Assembly: GCF_009914755.1 (NCBI RefSeq)
Contig: NC_060928.1
Reading direction: 5' to 3' (one strand)
Length of the DNA stretch: 64,000 nucleotides
DNA from: the human T2T-CHM13v2.0 reference genome, Homo sapiens
Shown here: piece after piece, positions 15,520-30,507 of the stretch
Position numbering within the stretch: the stretch's first letter is position 1
Layout of the letters: each line of letters begins with the position of its first letter
The notes under the pieces: model-generated
The model's input: only the letters and a program-made list of their open reading frames with translations
Database searches by the model: none
Told to the model about the DNA's origin: nothing
Made by a program: the position numbers and the translations under genes

Positions 15520-15982
15520 ATAAGCTGCTAGTTGTTCTCCAGGAGTCCTCACTGCCTTCTTCAATAGTGGTTAAAGATTTACATGGCACATTGTTGACCA
15601 GCTAACATGTTAATTTCCCAGCTTCTCTTGAAGGCAGGAGTGGCCATATGGCAAGAATCTGGCTAATGAGTTATAGGCACAGGTAATACTTGCAATTTGG
15701 GGTCCAAGCTTTTGAAAAAAGAAAAAAGCATACATTTCTTCTTTCCTCAGTCGAAAGTTGGAATGATAAAGTAACAGTGAGTCATCACTGATTATACAGC
15801 AAAGGTGAGCCCTATAAATAATGTAACAATTGAGTAGAAAGATCTTGGGTTCCTAAAAGCTTCAACCCAGCAAATAGCCCTAAACCAAACTGATACACAG
15901 CATATGTGTGCTGTGTATGTGTGTGTTCTGTTGGTCACTATATTTCTCAAACTTTTGTTGTAGTGATTTAGCCTATATTGTT
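15520..15982 (+). mobile_element. Old MaLR LTR (MLT1I/J-like)
   Basis: TTTCCCAGCTTCTCTTGAAGGCAGGAGTGGCCATATG...TGGCTAATGAG resembles MLT1. Confidence 0.5.
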
Positions 15983-15983
15983 T

Positions 15984-15986
<3 letters not shown>

Positions 15987-16026
<40 letters not shown>
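15987..16026. repeat. (AC)20 microsatellite
   Basis: Perfect dinucleotide run. Confidence 0.99.
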
Positions 16027-16029
<3 letters not shown>

Positions 16030-16337
16030 GTATGCTGATGGGCTTGCTTACAATCACCTTTTTTTAATGTATCAGTATGGCACCTCTTTATTCATCTGAT
16101 TACTACTGATTTTCCAAATGAATTTTTTTTACTTGAAATTTTCATTTTGAATTGCTTGTTTTTGCATCTGGCTTCCGTTAACATTTATCTCTCAGATTCA
16201 GAGCAAATAATTTACACTCTGTTTCTGTTGGATTTTTTTATAATATAATATTAAATAAAAACAGAACAAACACACAGAGTCCACACTAAACATATTAAAT
16301 AATGACAAACGACCTAAGTGCTGTCCCTCAATTGTAA

Positions 16338-16385
<48 letters not shown>
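16338..16385. repeat. (CTAT)12 tetranucleotide STR (GATA type)
   Basis: Perfect tetranucleotide run in unique flanks. Confidence 0.99.
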
Positions 16386-17172
16386 ACTAATTATGTGGGG
16401 GTTTGCAGAACAATATTTTTTTTTCCAATGAGCAGCAATATAGTGACAGGAGACAACTTATTTCCAAGGAAACAGACAAATTGCAAGTTACAGGCAATGT
16501 TTAAATCATTTGAGATTTATATACTTTCTAATCTCAGTGTTGAAATTCTCAAAAAGTCTTTGTGTTATGGTCTTGAATATGTGTCTTCATGTGTTTCTGT
16601 CTTTGATGTCTATATAGATGTCTATATATCTTCTTCACATCATGTTGTAGTTCTCATGTAACAAAAAGTTTGCATAGTGTCATATAAACTAACAGCTAAT
16701 TACTTTTTCTTTTGGCAGCTTCAGAAACTACCTATGAATTGCTTTGGGATTTACTTCTGTAATAGCCACATTTCTTCAGACCTATTTATGGAATAAACAT
16801 GCACTTAAATTTTACTCTTTATATAGAAGCTAATTAAGAAAAGGCAAGAAAATAGAATGCAATGAAAATAGTGGAGCCCAGGATATCAACGGGGGATCAA
16901 TATTCTTACATATAGACAGAAACTGAAATAATCAGTTTCTGAGTGTTGGGACAAAATACAGAAACCCCCAAGTCTCTAGCATAACTGAGAGATGAGAGAG
17001 GCAACTTGAGCCTGAGGCAGTAAACTTTTCCTTGTGGTGTAATCTTTCTACTGCTCCCAGATCCCCAGATATACAAAACCAGATTGATGTTCTGATTCAT
17101 CCTTAAAGATTTTATTGTAATCTATTCAAAATATGATCCACAGGATCAGGACCACAGCAATTATGTGGCTAA

Positions 17173-17509
<337 letters not shown>

Positions 17510-17675
17510 ATAACTTCTTATACATGTGTTTGCCAAAGGTACTAAAAGAAATATACCCAAAACTTTCAAAATTCTTTATCTTAAAAAAATCAACTTTTAT
17601 CATATTCCACAGATGCTTCTGTGGAGCACTCTCTCAAAACCCATCAAAGGTTATCTGATAAGCATGTCCTAATCT

Positions 17676-17988
17676 TTTCTTTTCTTCTTCCTTCCTTCCT
17701 TTCCTTCTTTTTTTTTTTTTTTTTTTTTCCTGAGACCGAGTCTCGCTCTGTCACCCAGGCTGGAGTGCAGTGGTGCAATCTCAGCTCACTGCAATCTCCT
17801 CCTCTTGGGTTGAAGCAATTCTCCTGCCTTAGCCTCCCAAGTACCTGGGATTACAGGTGCCTGCCTAATTTCTGTATCTCTAGTAGAGACTGGGTTTCAC
17901 CATGATGGTCAGGCTAGTCTCGAACTCCTGACCTCAGGCGATCTGCCTGCCTCGGCCTTCCAAAGTGCTGGGATTACAGGCACGAGCC
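17676..17988 (-). mobile_element. AluS with pyrimidine-rich (CTTC/T) tail
   Basis: GAGACCGAGTCTCGCTCTGTCACCCAGG...CAAAGTGCTGGGATTACAGGCACGAGCC. Confidence 0.95.
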
Positions 17989-18020
17989 TTTTTTAAAAAA
18001 TTTTTTTGAGACAGAGTCTC

Positions 18021-18422
18021 ATCCATGTGTTCTCATTGTTCAGCTCCCACTTATAAATGAGAACATATAATGCTTGGTTTTCTGGTTTTGCATTAGTTTG
18101 CTGAGGATAATGGCTTCCAGGTCCACCTATGTCCTTGCAAAGACATGATTTTTGTTCCTTTTATGGCTGCATAGTATACCATGGTGTATATGTGCCATAC
18201 TTTTTTATCCAGTCTGTCATTGATAAGCATTCAGGTTGATTCCATGTCTTTGCTATTGTAAACAGTGCCACAATGAACGTACAAATTCACGTATCTTTGT
18301 AACAGAATGATTTATTTTCCTTTGGGTATATTCCCAGTAATGGGATTGTTGGGTGAAATGGTATTTCTGATTCTAGATCTTCGCCACACAATCTTCCACA
18401 ATGGCTGAACTAATTTATATTC
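18021..18422 (-). mobile_element. L1PA 3'UTR/ORF2-end fragment, preceded by a ~20-nt Alu stub
   Basis: TCCATGTGTTCTCATTGTTCAGCTCCCACTTATAAATGAGAAC...TTCCACAATGGCTGAACTAATTTA. Confidence 0.9.
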
Positions 18423-18482
18423 TGAGGGGACACATTCTTATCTATCAATTCTACACATGAGAAGTTTATAAATTGGGGAACT

Positions 18483-18637
18483 ATTTTCTTTTTTTCTTTT
18501 TCTTTTCTTTTTTTTTTTTAGCGAAAGGGCTTTGCTATGTTGCCCAGGCTGGATTCAAACTCCTGGGTTCAAAGGATCATCCTGCACCAGCCTCCCGAGT
18601 AGTAGCTGGAATTATTAGCACATCACCATGCCAGGCT
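18483..18637 (-). mobile_element. FLAM (free left Alu monomer)
   Basis: Single monomer GCTATGTTGCCCAGGCTGG...CACCATGCCAGGCT with T-rich tail. Confidence 0.85.
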
Positions 18638-18974
18638 TAGAAACTCTTTCTTAATTCCCTAATTTCAAATATCACTTCTGTATATGAATCATACATTTAA
18701 GTAATTTGTATATACAAATTCAATCATTTTTAACATGCATTTGGATAAATATTAAATTAAGTAATATATCTAATATATGTAAATTTTTAAAAAATTATAT
18801 CTAACCCTATTTACAATTTATGAAATTATTTTAAGCTTTTTGAACTACATATACAATTAAATAGGGTTAATTTTCTCAAACATTGCAAGCACTTAAGAAA
18901 GTAGTTAGTTATTGAAAAAACTAAGGTCTTACTAAGCCCTTGAGAACAAATATGCTAACTCAAACATAAATTTA

Positions 18975-19333
<359 letters not shown>

Positions 19334-21446
19334 TCAATGATTTTAAAATGTTTGTTAATTATCTTGTATACTTCAAAATAAGTAAGTATTGTTTTTTGTT
19401 TGTTTTTAAATCTTGGGATGGTAAATTTCTTCATTCACCATAAAGGGTAATTATAGAGCAGCTTAGATTACTTGACCTTAACGCCGAAATAGAACTTGGG
19501 TATGGGTGAGGTTAATTGGTTAAATAATTGCCATTACACACAGCCTATTAATGAAAGTGACTGAAGAACAAAAGCACTTTGAACTTAGATGTGACATCCA
19601 AGACTATCCCAGAGAATGACAGTATGACTAATTATTATGGTTTTATTTTTTCTTCTATGTAAATTAGGTTTTCTAATAACCATGTCTTTCTCCTAGGACT
19701 TAATCAACCATATTGATTTCCATGTTTTAAAACATTTTCCTTTCTATTGGAATAATCCACAACTAATATAACAATACCAATGGAGACTTGCATTAAAGTC
19801 TTCTGATTTTAATCGGTTTTTATGTAAAAGCACGTGTCATTATGAACAAGGAATACAGCAACACTTCAGAGTTTCCGACTTTCTAAACAAACATGTCAAG
19901 TTAATCAATATAATATTATCTTCTAATGCACAGGCCACAAATTCATCCACTACTTCTGAGGTATGAATAAAATATTATTTGTCGCTGTAATTATTTTGGC
20001 ACCAATCAAATCTCCTTAACAAAAGAATATGACATTTCATGGAGTATATCCAATGACTTCATGTTGGGGATTTGACGAGAATAACTTTCTTTCTCACTTT
20101 TATAGCTTTCATTTTTAATCACATTATGAAATTTGTAACGCTCGGTTCAAGAATTTTGTAAAGACCAAATATGATACAATTCACTCTTTCATTGTTTTCA
20201 GTTTTTAAACATGTAATTAGGACGTTTTTAGAAGATTTTCTTCTTTACTTTTTCGCCTTTATGTCTATACTTTCTTGTTCTTCTGTTTTTATTTTCTAAA
20301 TATAACATAATTACTCTCATATTTCATCCCAATTATCCGTAGAATTTTAAAATTTTGTACAATCTTATTCAAAAGTGAACAAAGTTTAAAAATATTTTTA
20401 AAAACATAATAAATTAAATGTAAAAATATACATTATTTGTACATTTTTTCTTAAATGCTAAAACTAAGTTAAAACCAAAATATACATACCATAATCAATT
20501 AATATTCAAAATTAAGTAAAATGATAGAATTGACATAATTATTTTTAAAATTACATTTCTTTATATATAAGAATAAAACCACTCACAGTTCTAATGTTCA
20601 ATGTAAAAAAAATATATTATTCATGCCTGCTGGTCATGTAGATATATAAATTTAGTAGTTACAGGAATTATTTAATACCAAAAGAATTCATTCATAACCA
20701 TGTACAACTATTGTGAAACTCACAACCAATCATGGGTTTATCCAAAATCTCAAATTAGAAGATAAACAAAACAAGCAAATGGACAATTGAAGCTATTGAA
20801 AAATTACATTTTGCTATACAGGAAACTATTTCATTCCAGGTAAAAGAGAGTAGGACCTGACAAGTTCAAAGTCTGTGCATATTTTTCCCAAATGCTTCAG
20901 TCTCTCCATTAATATTAGGAGAGAAGAAATCCACAACCCTTATGACCTTGAGATGCAATTGTTTTGAGAACTTAGGGCAAAACTTGTGAAGTGCTTCCCT
21001 GGAGCATAAACCATGTTAGTAACTGGAGCGATGCTATGTCAGCACTGAACACTGAATCCCAAAGAAAAGTTCGTAATGCACTGTGAAGTATTTGGGGATT
21101 GTAATCGGTGAAGACTTCTAAAGAACAAACCCAAGGAGAGGCTCATCTGTCTCAGGTTTTAGAGCAGTCACAAGGAATAGTGTCTATTTATTACAAATAT
21201 TTTCTAACGGTTTTGGTTTTTCCTTGCAAAATTCTCTTAGTAAGACAAAATCTATCTTTAATCTCACCCTTGGAGCTAAGGTAAAAAATAAAGGTTATGT
21301 TAAGAAAAAAATATGAGAAAGTTACATTTTAAAGTATTAATTAGTTCAATATCACTAAAAATAAGTATACATTATTTTCTATTTTGATTTCAATTTGAGA
21401 GAAAAAGTCATAAAGTTTAAAGAAAAATGAGTAATAGGATTATTAA

Positions 21447-21756
<310 letters not shown>

Positions 21757-22127
21757 TAAAAATATCTTCATAATTATACTTATGGTCATCCATGAATATC
21801 TGCATTTAGGTACATAAAATATATACACATGAATATTTGTGAGTAAACAATTTATATCCTGATGATTTCTGTACATCTTACACCTCAAAAAATTATAATC
21901 TCTACCAATAACTATTTTTGATATCAGGCAAATAAGTTAGAGTTTCTGTTTCTTCATCTTTATAAGAAGAGTAATAGTCTATTATCAAAATCATAGCTTT
22001 ATACACAAATCAAAGCCACCAAAAATACACACTGCTATAAAAAATATAAAATGATGTCATACTCCTGAACAACCACTAGGTCAAACAAGAAATAATTGAG
22101 ACTAATGAAAATAGTAACTTAACATAT

Positions 22128-22483
22128 TGATGTGGTTTGGCTGTGTCCCCACCCAAATCTCAACATGAATTGTATCGCCCAGAATTCCAAAGTGTTGTGG
22201 GAGGGCCCTGGGGGGAGTTAATTGAATCAGGGGGCTGGTCTTTCCCATGCTATTCTCATAATAGTGAATAAGTCCCATGAGATCTGATGGGTTTATCAGG
22301 GGTTTCTGCTTTTGCTTCTTCTCATTCATTTTTTCCCTTGCCACCACGAACAAGAAGTGCCCTTCACTTCCCGCCATGATTCTGAGGCCTCCCCAGCATG
22401 TGGAATTGTAAGTCCAATTAAACCTCTTTTTGTTCCCAGTTTTGGGTATGTCTTTATCAGCAGCATGAAATCAAACTAATACA
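22128..22483 (+). mobile_element. THE1A-like MaLR solo LTR
   Basis: TGATGTGGTTTGGCTGTGTCCCCACCCAAATCTC...AACTAATACA; exact 5-bp TSD CATAT at 22123-22127 and 22484-22488. Confidence 0.95.
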
Positions 22484-23234
22484 CATATGATATGCAGAAA
22501 AGAATGTTCTAAAAGGAAAGTTTATAGAAATAAATATCTATATTAAACAAACAAACAAAAAATCTCAAATAGAAAGCCTAATGTTACACGAAGGAGTAAA
22601 AGAAAAGCAAAGCCTAAAGTCAGTAGAAGGAAGAAGATTACAAAAATCAGAAGTGAAATAAATGAAATAAAGACTTGAAAGACAACAAAAAAGATCAAAA
22701 GAAAGAATACATCAATAAATAAAATCATAAATAAAAAGAAGACATTACAACTCATACCCCAGAAATATGAAGGATCATAAGAGACTGCAATGAACAATTG
22801 TAAGCCAACAAATTGTATAACCAAAAGAAATGGATACATTTCTAAACACATGCAATGTACAAAGACTGAATTATGAAGAAATAAAAAAATCTGAACACAC
22901 CATTAATGACTAAGGAGATTAAATCAAGGCAAACAAAACAAAAAATAAATAACACCAACAAAAAGCCCAGCATCTGATAGCTTCATGGCTGAATTCTACC
23001 AAACATTTAAAGAACTAATGCCAATTCTTCTCAGACTCTTCCAAAAACTTGAAGAGGAGACAATACTTTTAAATTCATTGTATAAGGCTAGCATTATCCT
23101 GATACCAAAGCCAGCTAAGAACATTACAAGAAAAGAAATTACTGGCCAATATCCCTGATGAGCATTGGTGCAAATATCCTTAATAAAAAATATTAGCAAA
23201 CTGAATTCAACAGTACTTTAAAAGACTTATTCAC

Positions 23235-23670
23235 CTTCCTTTCCAACCTGGACCCAGCAGAATGGCTCCCACAAAGAAGGGTGGCAAGAAGAAAAAGGGC
23301 CGTTCTGCCATCAACGAAGTGGTGACCCGAGAATACACCATCAATATTCACAAGCACATCCATGGAGTGGGCTTCAAGAAGCGTGCCCCTGGGCACTCAA
23401 AGAGATTCAGGAATTTGCCATGAAGGAGACGGGAACTCCAGATGTGTGCATTGATACCAGGCTCAACAAAGCTGTCTGGGCCAAAGGAATAAGGAATGTC
23501 CCATACTGAATCCGTGTGTGGCTGTCCAGAAAACGTAAGCTATATACTTTGGTTACCTATGTACCTGTTACCACTTTCAGAAATCTACACACAGTCAATT
23601 TGGATGAGAACTAATCGCTGATCATCAAATACATCAAATGAAGTTATAAAATTGCAAAATAAAATAAAAT
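23235..23670 (+). pseudogene. RPL31P: Processed pseudogene of ribosomal protein L31 (eL31)
   Basis: ATG at 23262 gives [43 protein letters not shown]; later [18 protein letters not shown] and [13 protein letters not shown]...DEN-TAA (23612-14). Intronless, pyrimidine (TOP-like) 5' end, A-rich tail, TSD AAAAGAC(TT)ATTCACC. Frameshift near 23390, TGA at 23507-09, 24-nt deletion. Confidence 0.96.
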
Positions 23671-25874
23671 AAAAGACATTCACCATGATCAAGTTGGATT
23701 TATTCCTGGCAGGCAAGGATGTTTCACTGTATGTAAATCAACAAACATAATATATCATATTAACCAAATGAAGAACAAAAACCATATAATCATCTCAATA
23801 GATAAAAAGCATTTGACAAAATTCAACATTCTTTTATGATAAAAACTCTCAATAAATTAGGTATAGAAGCAATGTACTTCAACACAATAAAGGTCATATA
23901 TGACAAGCTCATAGCTAACATCCTCCTCAGTGGTGATAATCCGATTCTTATAAAGTCAGTAACAAGATAAGGCTACTCAGTTTCACCACTTCATTCAACA
24001 TAGTGCTGGAAGTCCAATCAGAGCAATTAGGCAAGAAAAATAAATAAAAGACATTCAAATATGAAAGAAGTTAAATAGTCTATATTTGTAGATGGTATAG
24101 TCTTTATATAGAGAAAACCCTCAAGACTACACCAGAAAAGCTGTTAGAAATAATAAACTAATCCAGCAAAGTTGCACGATACAAAATTAACATACACACA
24201 ATCAATAGTGTTGCTATACACTAACAATAAACTGAAAAAAGAATTAAGAAATGGCCTCATTTATAATAGTACAAAAAATACTCAGGAATAAGTTTTACCA
24301 AGGAGGTGAAAGATCTGTATACTAAAACTTATAAAACATTGATGAAAGAAATTGAAGAAGACACAAATAAATTTTTAAAAACCTCATTTTAATGGATTGA
24401 AAGTATTAATACTGTTAAAAAGTTCACACTATGTAAAGTGATAAACAGATTTAATGCAGTCCCTTTTAAAATTCCAATGACATTTTTCACAGAAATAGAA
24501 AAAAATTTGCAAAATTTGAAGGAAATGTGAGAAGACACTGAATAGTCAAATCATTAGAAAAGGTTGTTTTCACTAGTTATCTCATATAATTAGTGTGACT
24601 AGCTAGTCACACTAGATTATACTACCTGATTTCAAAATACATGGCAAAGTTCTAGTAATCAAAACAGCATGGCACTGGCATGAAACAGACACATAGCTCA
24701 ATGGAATAGAACAGAGACACAAGAAGTAAATCTGGGCATTTATGGTGAACTAGCCTTCTACAAAGATGCCAAGAACAAATATTGGGAAAAGATGGTCTCT
24801 TCAATAAGTGGTGCTAAAAACACAAGAAATCCACATTCAGAAGAATGAAATTGGATCCTTACCTCAAACCACATACAAAAATCAAATCAAAATGGATTAA
24901 AGATTACATGTAAAACTGGACACTAAAAGTTATAGAGGAAAACATAGGATAAAAGCTTTTTGACATAAGTCTTAAAAAGATTTTTAGGATATGACCCCCA
25001 AAAGCACAGGCAACCAAAATAAAAATAGGAAAAATGATATTTCATACACCTAAAAGGCCTCTGCTCAGCAAAGAAAACAACCAACAGAGTGAAAAGACAG
25101 TCTGTGAAATTGGAGAAAATATTTGCAAACGATATGTCTGATAAGGGGTTAAGGAACTCAAATGAAAGATTACAAATATTGGCAAGGATGTTGAGAAGGT
25201 AACACTTTTTCACTGTTGATGAGACATGAATTAGTACAGTTGTTATGAAAAATAGTGTAGAGGTTTCTCATAAGATTAAAAATGGAACTACCCATGTGAT
25301 CCACCAGTCCCACTTCTGCTTCAAATGAATTGAAATAAATATGTCAAAGAGATATCTGCTCTCCCATGTTCACTGAAGCTTTATTCACAATAGCTAGGAT
25401 ATGAAACTGATCTAAGTATCTAGGAAAAGACAACTGGATTTTTAAAATGTGGGGTGTATATACATACACAATGGAATACTATTTACCCATTAGTAAAAAA
25501 GGAATCTGTCATCTGTGACAACATGGATGAACCTGGAGGATATTATGCTAAGTGAAATAAATCAGGCTTACAAATAACTTTTGGTCAGACAGGAAGAATA
25601 GGTTCTGGGGCTCTGTTGTACAGCATAGTGAGTATAGTTAATAATAATACACTATATACACAAAAATTGCTAAGAGAATATATCTCAAATATTCTTACCC
25701 TATACACACACAGAAATAATAAATATGTGCATTACAGGATATGTTAATTAACTTGATTTCATTATTATACAATGTATATAGATATCAAAAATACCACAAT
25801 ACAATTTTAAAGGTAATCCATTAAACATTAATAGAGATAAAAAACATAAACCAAAATAAAACTTAGTAAGTCTC

Positions 25875-26398
25875 TCACCAGCTTTAAGGTCAAGGAATAT
25901 CTTTTTCAATGACCTGGAACCATCTCTCTGAAGTGCAATCATCAAGGAAGATAGCACCCCCATCTCTCAATTTCTGAAATGGTAGGAGCTTAGCCTTGGG
26001 TGTAGGGGGCTGGTTCTCACTCCAAATTGCAAAACTGCCTCTTGCTGTAAAAATATGATAATTTGTTTTTTCCTTTGAATAAATCCAATTAGCTAACACA
26101 GATGGTCATCTCAATTACCAAGTGAATTTAGGATCAACTATGTGTGACAAATGGTACTATCAAGTCCTCTTACTAGAGGACTAGCTATTATTTATTAGGA
26201 AAACATATATGTAATGGATTGTACTTTCTTGAATATATAAAAGGGTGAAATTTCTTTGTTTGCAATCTCTTTAGCAAATTGCCTATGTGCATCACATTCT
26301 GGTTTAATGCTAGTCGGTAGTATTTTTACTTTCTTTTTTACCTTAGCAGAGAGGTTTTCAGAGTTGGGAGGAGATTTTGTTTTCATTTTTACTAACAA
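25875..26398 (+). mobile_element. MER67-family (ERV1) LTR, 3' part, followed by a possible short internal stub
   Basis: TATATAAAAGGGTGAAATTTCTTTG...GTGCATCACATTCTGGTTTAATGC...GGGAGGAGATTTTG...AACA then TTTTGGCAAC. Confidence 0.75.
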
Positions 26399-26801
26399 TT
26401 TTGGCAACAGAGATAGAATGAGTTTTCCATTTTCTGAATTGAGTGGTCCAGCTGAAGGTCTTGTGGGCACACAACACTCAGGTAAGATACCGTGAATTAT
26501 TATGCCTCTCTTTTCACTCTGAACAATTTTGGAATACCAGCCAAATGAACTACCATCTTAAAATTCAAGATTTTACTATTAAATAAACATCAATAATACA
26601 GGCTCTAATTCTCATCAGGATTACTATAGTTGGAAAATCAATGACACCAGAAATGTTGCCTGAAAAGTGTGTCTCTTAAAGAGTTAATAACTTTCTATTA
26701 TATTTGAATAAGTGTATGATAATTCAGTCTAGCAGTAGACTGAGGACAGTTCTTCTGATTTGAATAAACTAAATGAATGTGTTGAGGTTCATAGACAGGC
26801 C

Positions 26802-27197
26802 TTGTTACATAAGAATATGTTCTCCTATCCCCCAAAATCATAGGTTGAGGACCTAACCTCCAATGGGACTGTATTTACAGATACAGCATAAAGAGATAAT
26901 TAAGGCCAAATGAGGTCTTAAGAACACAGCCCTTATCTAATATGACTCATATTCTTATAATAAGAGGAAGAAACACCAGGGATGGAAACCACAGAGAAAA
27001 AAAGGCCATGGTCATGTGAGGATGCAGTAGGAAGATGATCATCTGCAGGTCAAGGAGAGATGTGTCTTGAGAACCAACCCTGCTGGCAACTTGATTTTGG
27101 ATGTCCAGCCTCCAGAACTGTGAAGAAAATAAATTTCTGCTCTTTAAGTCACTCAGTCTATGGAATTTTGTTATGCAATCCCTAGCAAACTAATACA
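26802..27197 (+). mobile_element. MLT1A-like MaLR LTR
   Basis: CCCCCAAAATCATAGGTTGA...CAGCCTCCAGAACTGTGA...AATAAATTTCTG...AAACTAATACA. Confidence 0.88.
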
Positions 27198-27470
27198 GAC
27201 ATCATCTAAAACAAATGAATCACTAGTATTTATGTAATCAATATTATTCTAAGAAAAAAATTAATTTGGATAGGCAAAAGGAAAAAAAGCAAAATAGAAC
27301 AGGAAATGTGAGAATTAAAGGTAATTTTTCTTTCACAGAACCCTTCTGACCCTTTTTCTGCAGTGGCTACTCCCCCTGCTTCCCCTAAACATCTTGTCTG
27401 TATCACTCACTACCTCAGAATGAGTCTGGGGAAGGGAAGTTAATGATCTCTTGGATGAATGGTTTCTTCC

Positions 27471-27863
27471 TGCTATGGTTTGAAAGTCTCCCTGCCAAAA
27501 TTTGTGTTAAAATTCAATGGCCAATATGATAGTATTAAGAGGTGAAGCCTTCAGAGGTGATTAGGCCATGAGGTTTTCTTCTTTCTGAATGGGATTAAGG
27601 CTTTTATAAAGGAAATTTCACTCAAACTTTGGCTCCCTTGCCCTTCTGCCTTCTGTCATGTGAGAACAGTGTTCCTCCCCTCCGGAGGATGCAGTAACAA
27701 GATGCCATATTGGAAACAGAAAGAGCTCTTGCCAGGCAAACAAACCTGTTGATGCCTTGATTTTGGACTTCCTAACCTCCAGAACTATAAGAAATAACAT
27801 GCTGTTCTTATAAATTATCCTGTGTCAGGAATTTTGTTACAGCAGCACAAATTAACTAAGATA
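27471..27863 (+). mobile_element. MST (MSTD-like) MaLR LTR
   Basis: TGCTATGGTTTGAA...CCTTGATTTTGGACTTCCTAACCTCCAGAACT...AACTAAGATA. Confidence 0.88.
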
Positions 27864-29798
27864 CCTTTGTCAGGAGATTTTCCTGAAAAGAGGGATAAGG
27901 GAAAAACATTATTATCTACTCTATTTTGAGGACACAGGTTTGAGTGCCTCATGTGATTTCATTCTATGTCTTAGCCCTGATTCCCCCTCCAAAAGTCCCT
28001 TATTATCCATGTACCATGTAGCTAGAAAAGCAGAAGATATAAGGAGATCTAATCAGGAAAATATGAGAACTTGAAAAAAAGGCTGTCTTTTATGAAGACA
28101 ACAGGATGGAGAGTAGCTGCACTTGTCACATGTAAAAAAAAGGCAAACAGAAAAGATATTAAATTGATAAATGTAGACACAGAAAAGGAAACCAAAACGC
28201 TATATAATTTACATTTCCCTTGTCTCAGTGAGAGAAAAACCTGCTTTTATTTGTATTGCAAGCAAAGCTGATGCCATCAAGAAGCTACTGAGGGTTCCTT
28301 GTTCATCTACATGCCTTCCTTGCAAGCTAATATTATTCATTTATAAACTTTTTCTTTTTCCCGTGCTTCAGAAGTTGAAGTAGTGCAAAGCAAACTGCTT
28401 TACAGCTTCACACATGGGGATGTGTACTGACTCCTCTATGAGATTTTCTAACTAGTCAGCTTTGCTCCTTTGATGGAACAAGAACAATAGGATTCCAAAG
28501 ACTTCATCAGGGAGTTCTGGTGGACAAGGGAAGCTGATTATCTGATACACATCTTCCCCTCCAATACCCACACACAACTATGAAAGGATCTAATAGTTTA
28601 AGAGACACATTGACAACAGTTGCTAATAGCTCGAGTTGAATGCTTGCTGAGAAATGTGAGTTGGAAGATATAATGGTGTGCCCAGAAGGGGGGTGAGTCC
28701 CCCAATTCATGATCATTAATTGTTCACTGAGACATTTGTAAAGTTTATTGGTATAGATCCAATGGCAGATGAAATAGCCTTCTGACCTTGAATACCTTTG
28801 CCTTGTCTCTTTTGCAGGCTACAAAACAGAATTACAGAAAATGTAATAGGATGGCGAGTGTAGAATATCACTTGAGTTTTATCAGTAGCTACTCGGTTTG
28901 GGTATCATCAAAAGAAAGACAAAGGAGAAAAAAATATTAAAGCCTACTGTGTTTACTGATCAATGAGCATTCTTTACTAAAGGGAATAATCTCTACTCTG
29001 GCCAGTCTATAAGGGTTGAAAAAGAAGAATCCATGACGTTGGAAAAGGAAGCATAGAAGTAGACTGAGGAGGATACAGGAGGCACAGGGACAAGGGAATC
29101 AGGGAAGTCCAGAAAGCTATGGAATAAATGGAAAATGATTTAATTTTAGGGACTCTCAGATGCGAGAATTGCTAACAGTGGTGCTACTTTTTCTGTAGTT
29201 TTCTCAATAATTTCTCACATTCTTTTGGTAATAGATTAATACAAGTTGCTGGTATTTTATGTCCATTTTTTTTCCTACTTGTTCTTTTTTTCCCCCAGTT
29301 CCCATACAGATAACTCCTCTGAGGATCTGAGGAACATGTGTTCTTACCTTGTCCTGATTCTCCTATACATCTTCTTGGGAGAGAACTGTGCAACTTAAAG
29401 GCTACCTTATTTTGTACTGTGAATGTCTCTGGAGCTCCTTGGGAAAAAAGTTATCTGATTTAGCTACTATGTGCCTTTTGAAAGAAAAGGGCTATGTAAG
29501 AAGACAGCAGTCTCACACTGTGCCAGAAAAACACTCCAAACTGAAAATGAAAACAAAGTTTCACTTTTGGCTCTAGTGATACTTGTTGTACTTGCTATAG
29601 AACCAATAAAAATTGTTTATCAAAAGGGTAAGCCATGACCCATGCAAAAGGGTATCTTTTACTGAGAGCTCCATTAAAAGGAATAAAATCAGTTATTACA
29701 AATATAAGAATAGCAAGGAATAAATTTTAAGAGGGCACTTACTTTGTCATACTCACATACTTACAGTAAAGAAGAAAGGCAAATTTGATAGAGATGGT

Positions 29799-30507
<709 letters not shown>

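Larger units (their letters stand above)
22060..25820 (+). mobile_element. L1MA-type element (decayed ORF2 plus 3'UTR) hosting THE1 and RPL31 pseudogene insertions
   Basis: GAATTCTACCAAACATTTAAAGAACTAATGCCAATTCT, AAAAGCATTTGACAAAATTCAACAT and GCTAAGTGAAATAAATCAGG ORF2/3'UTR motifs, in collinear order. Confidence 0.92.

Noticed and set aside
23193-23396. 67-aa ORF on the - strand
   Set aside because: Antisense shadow of the RPL31 pseudogene.
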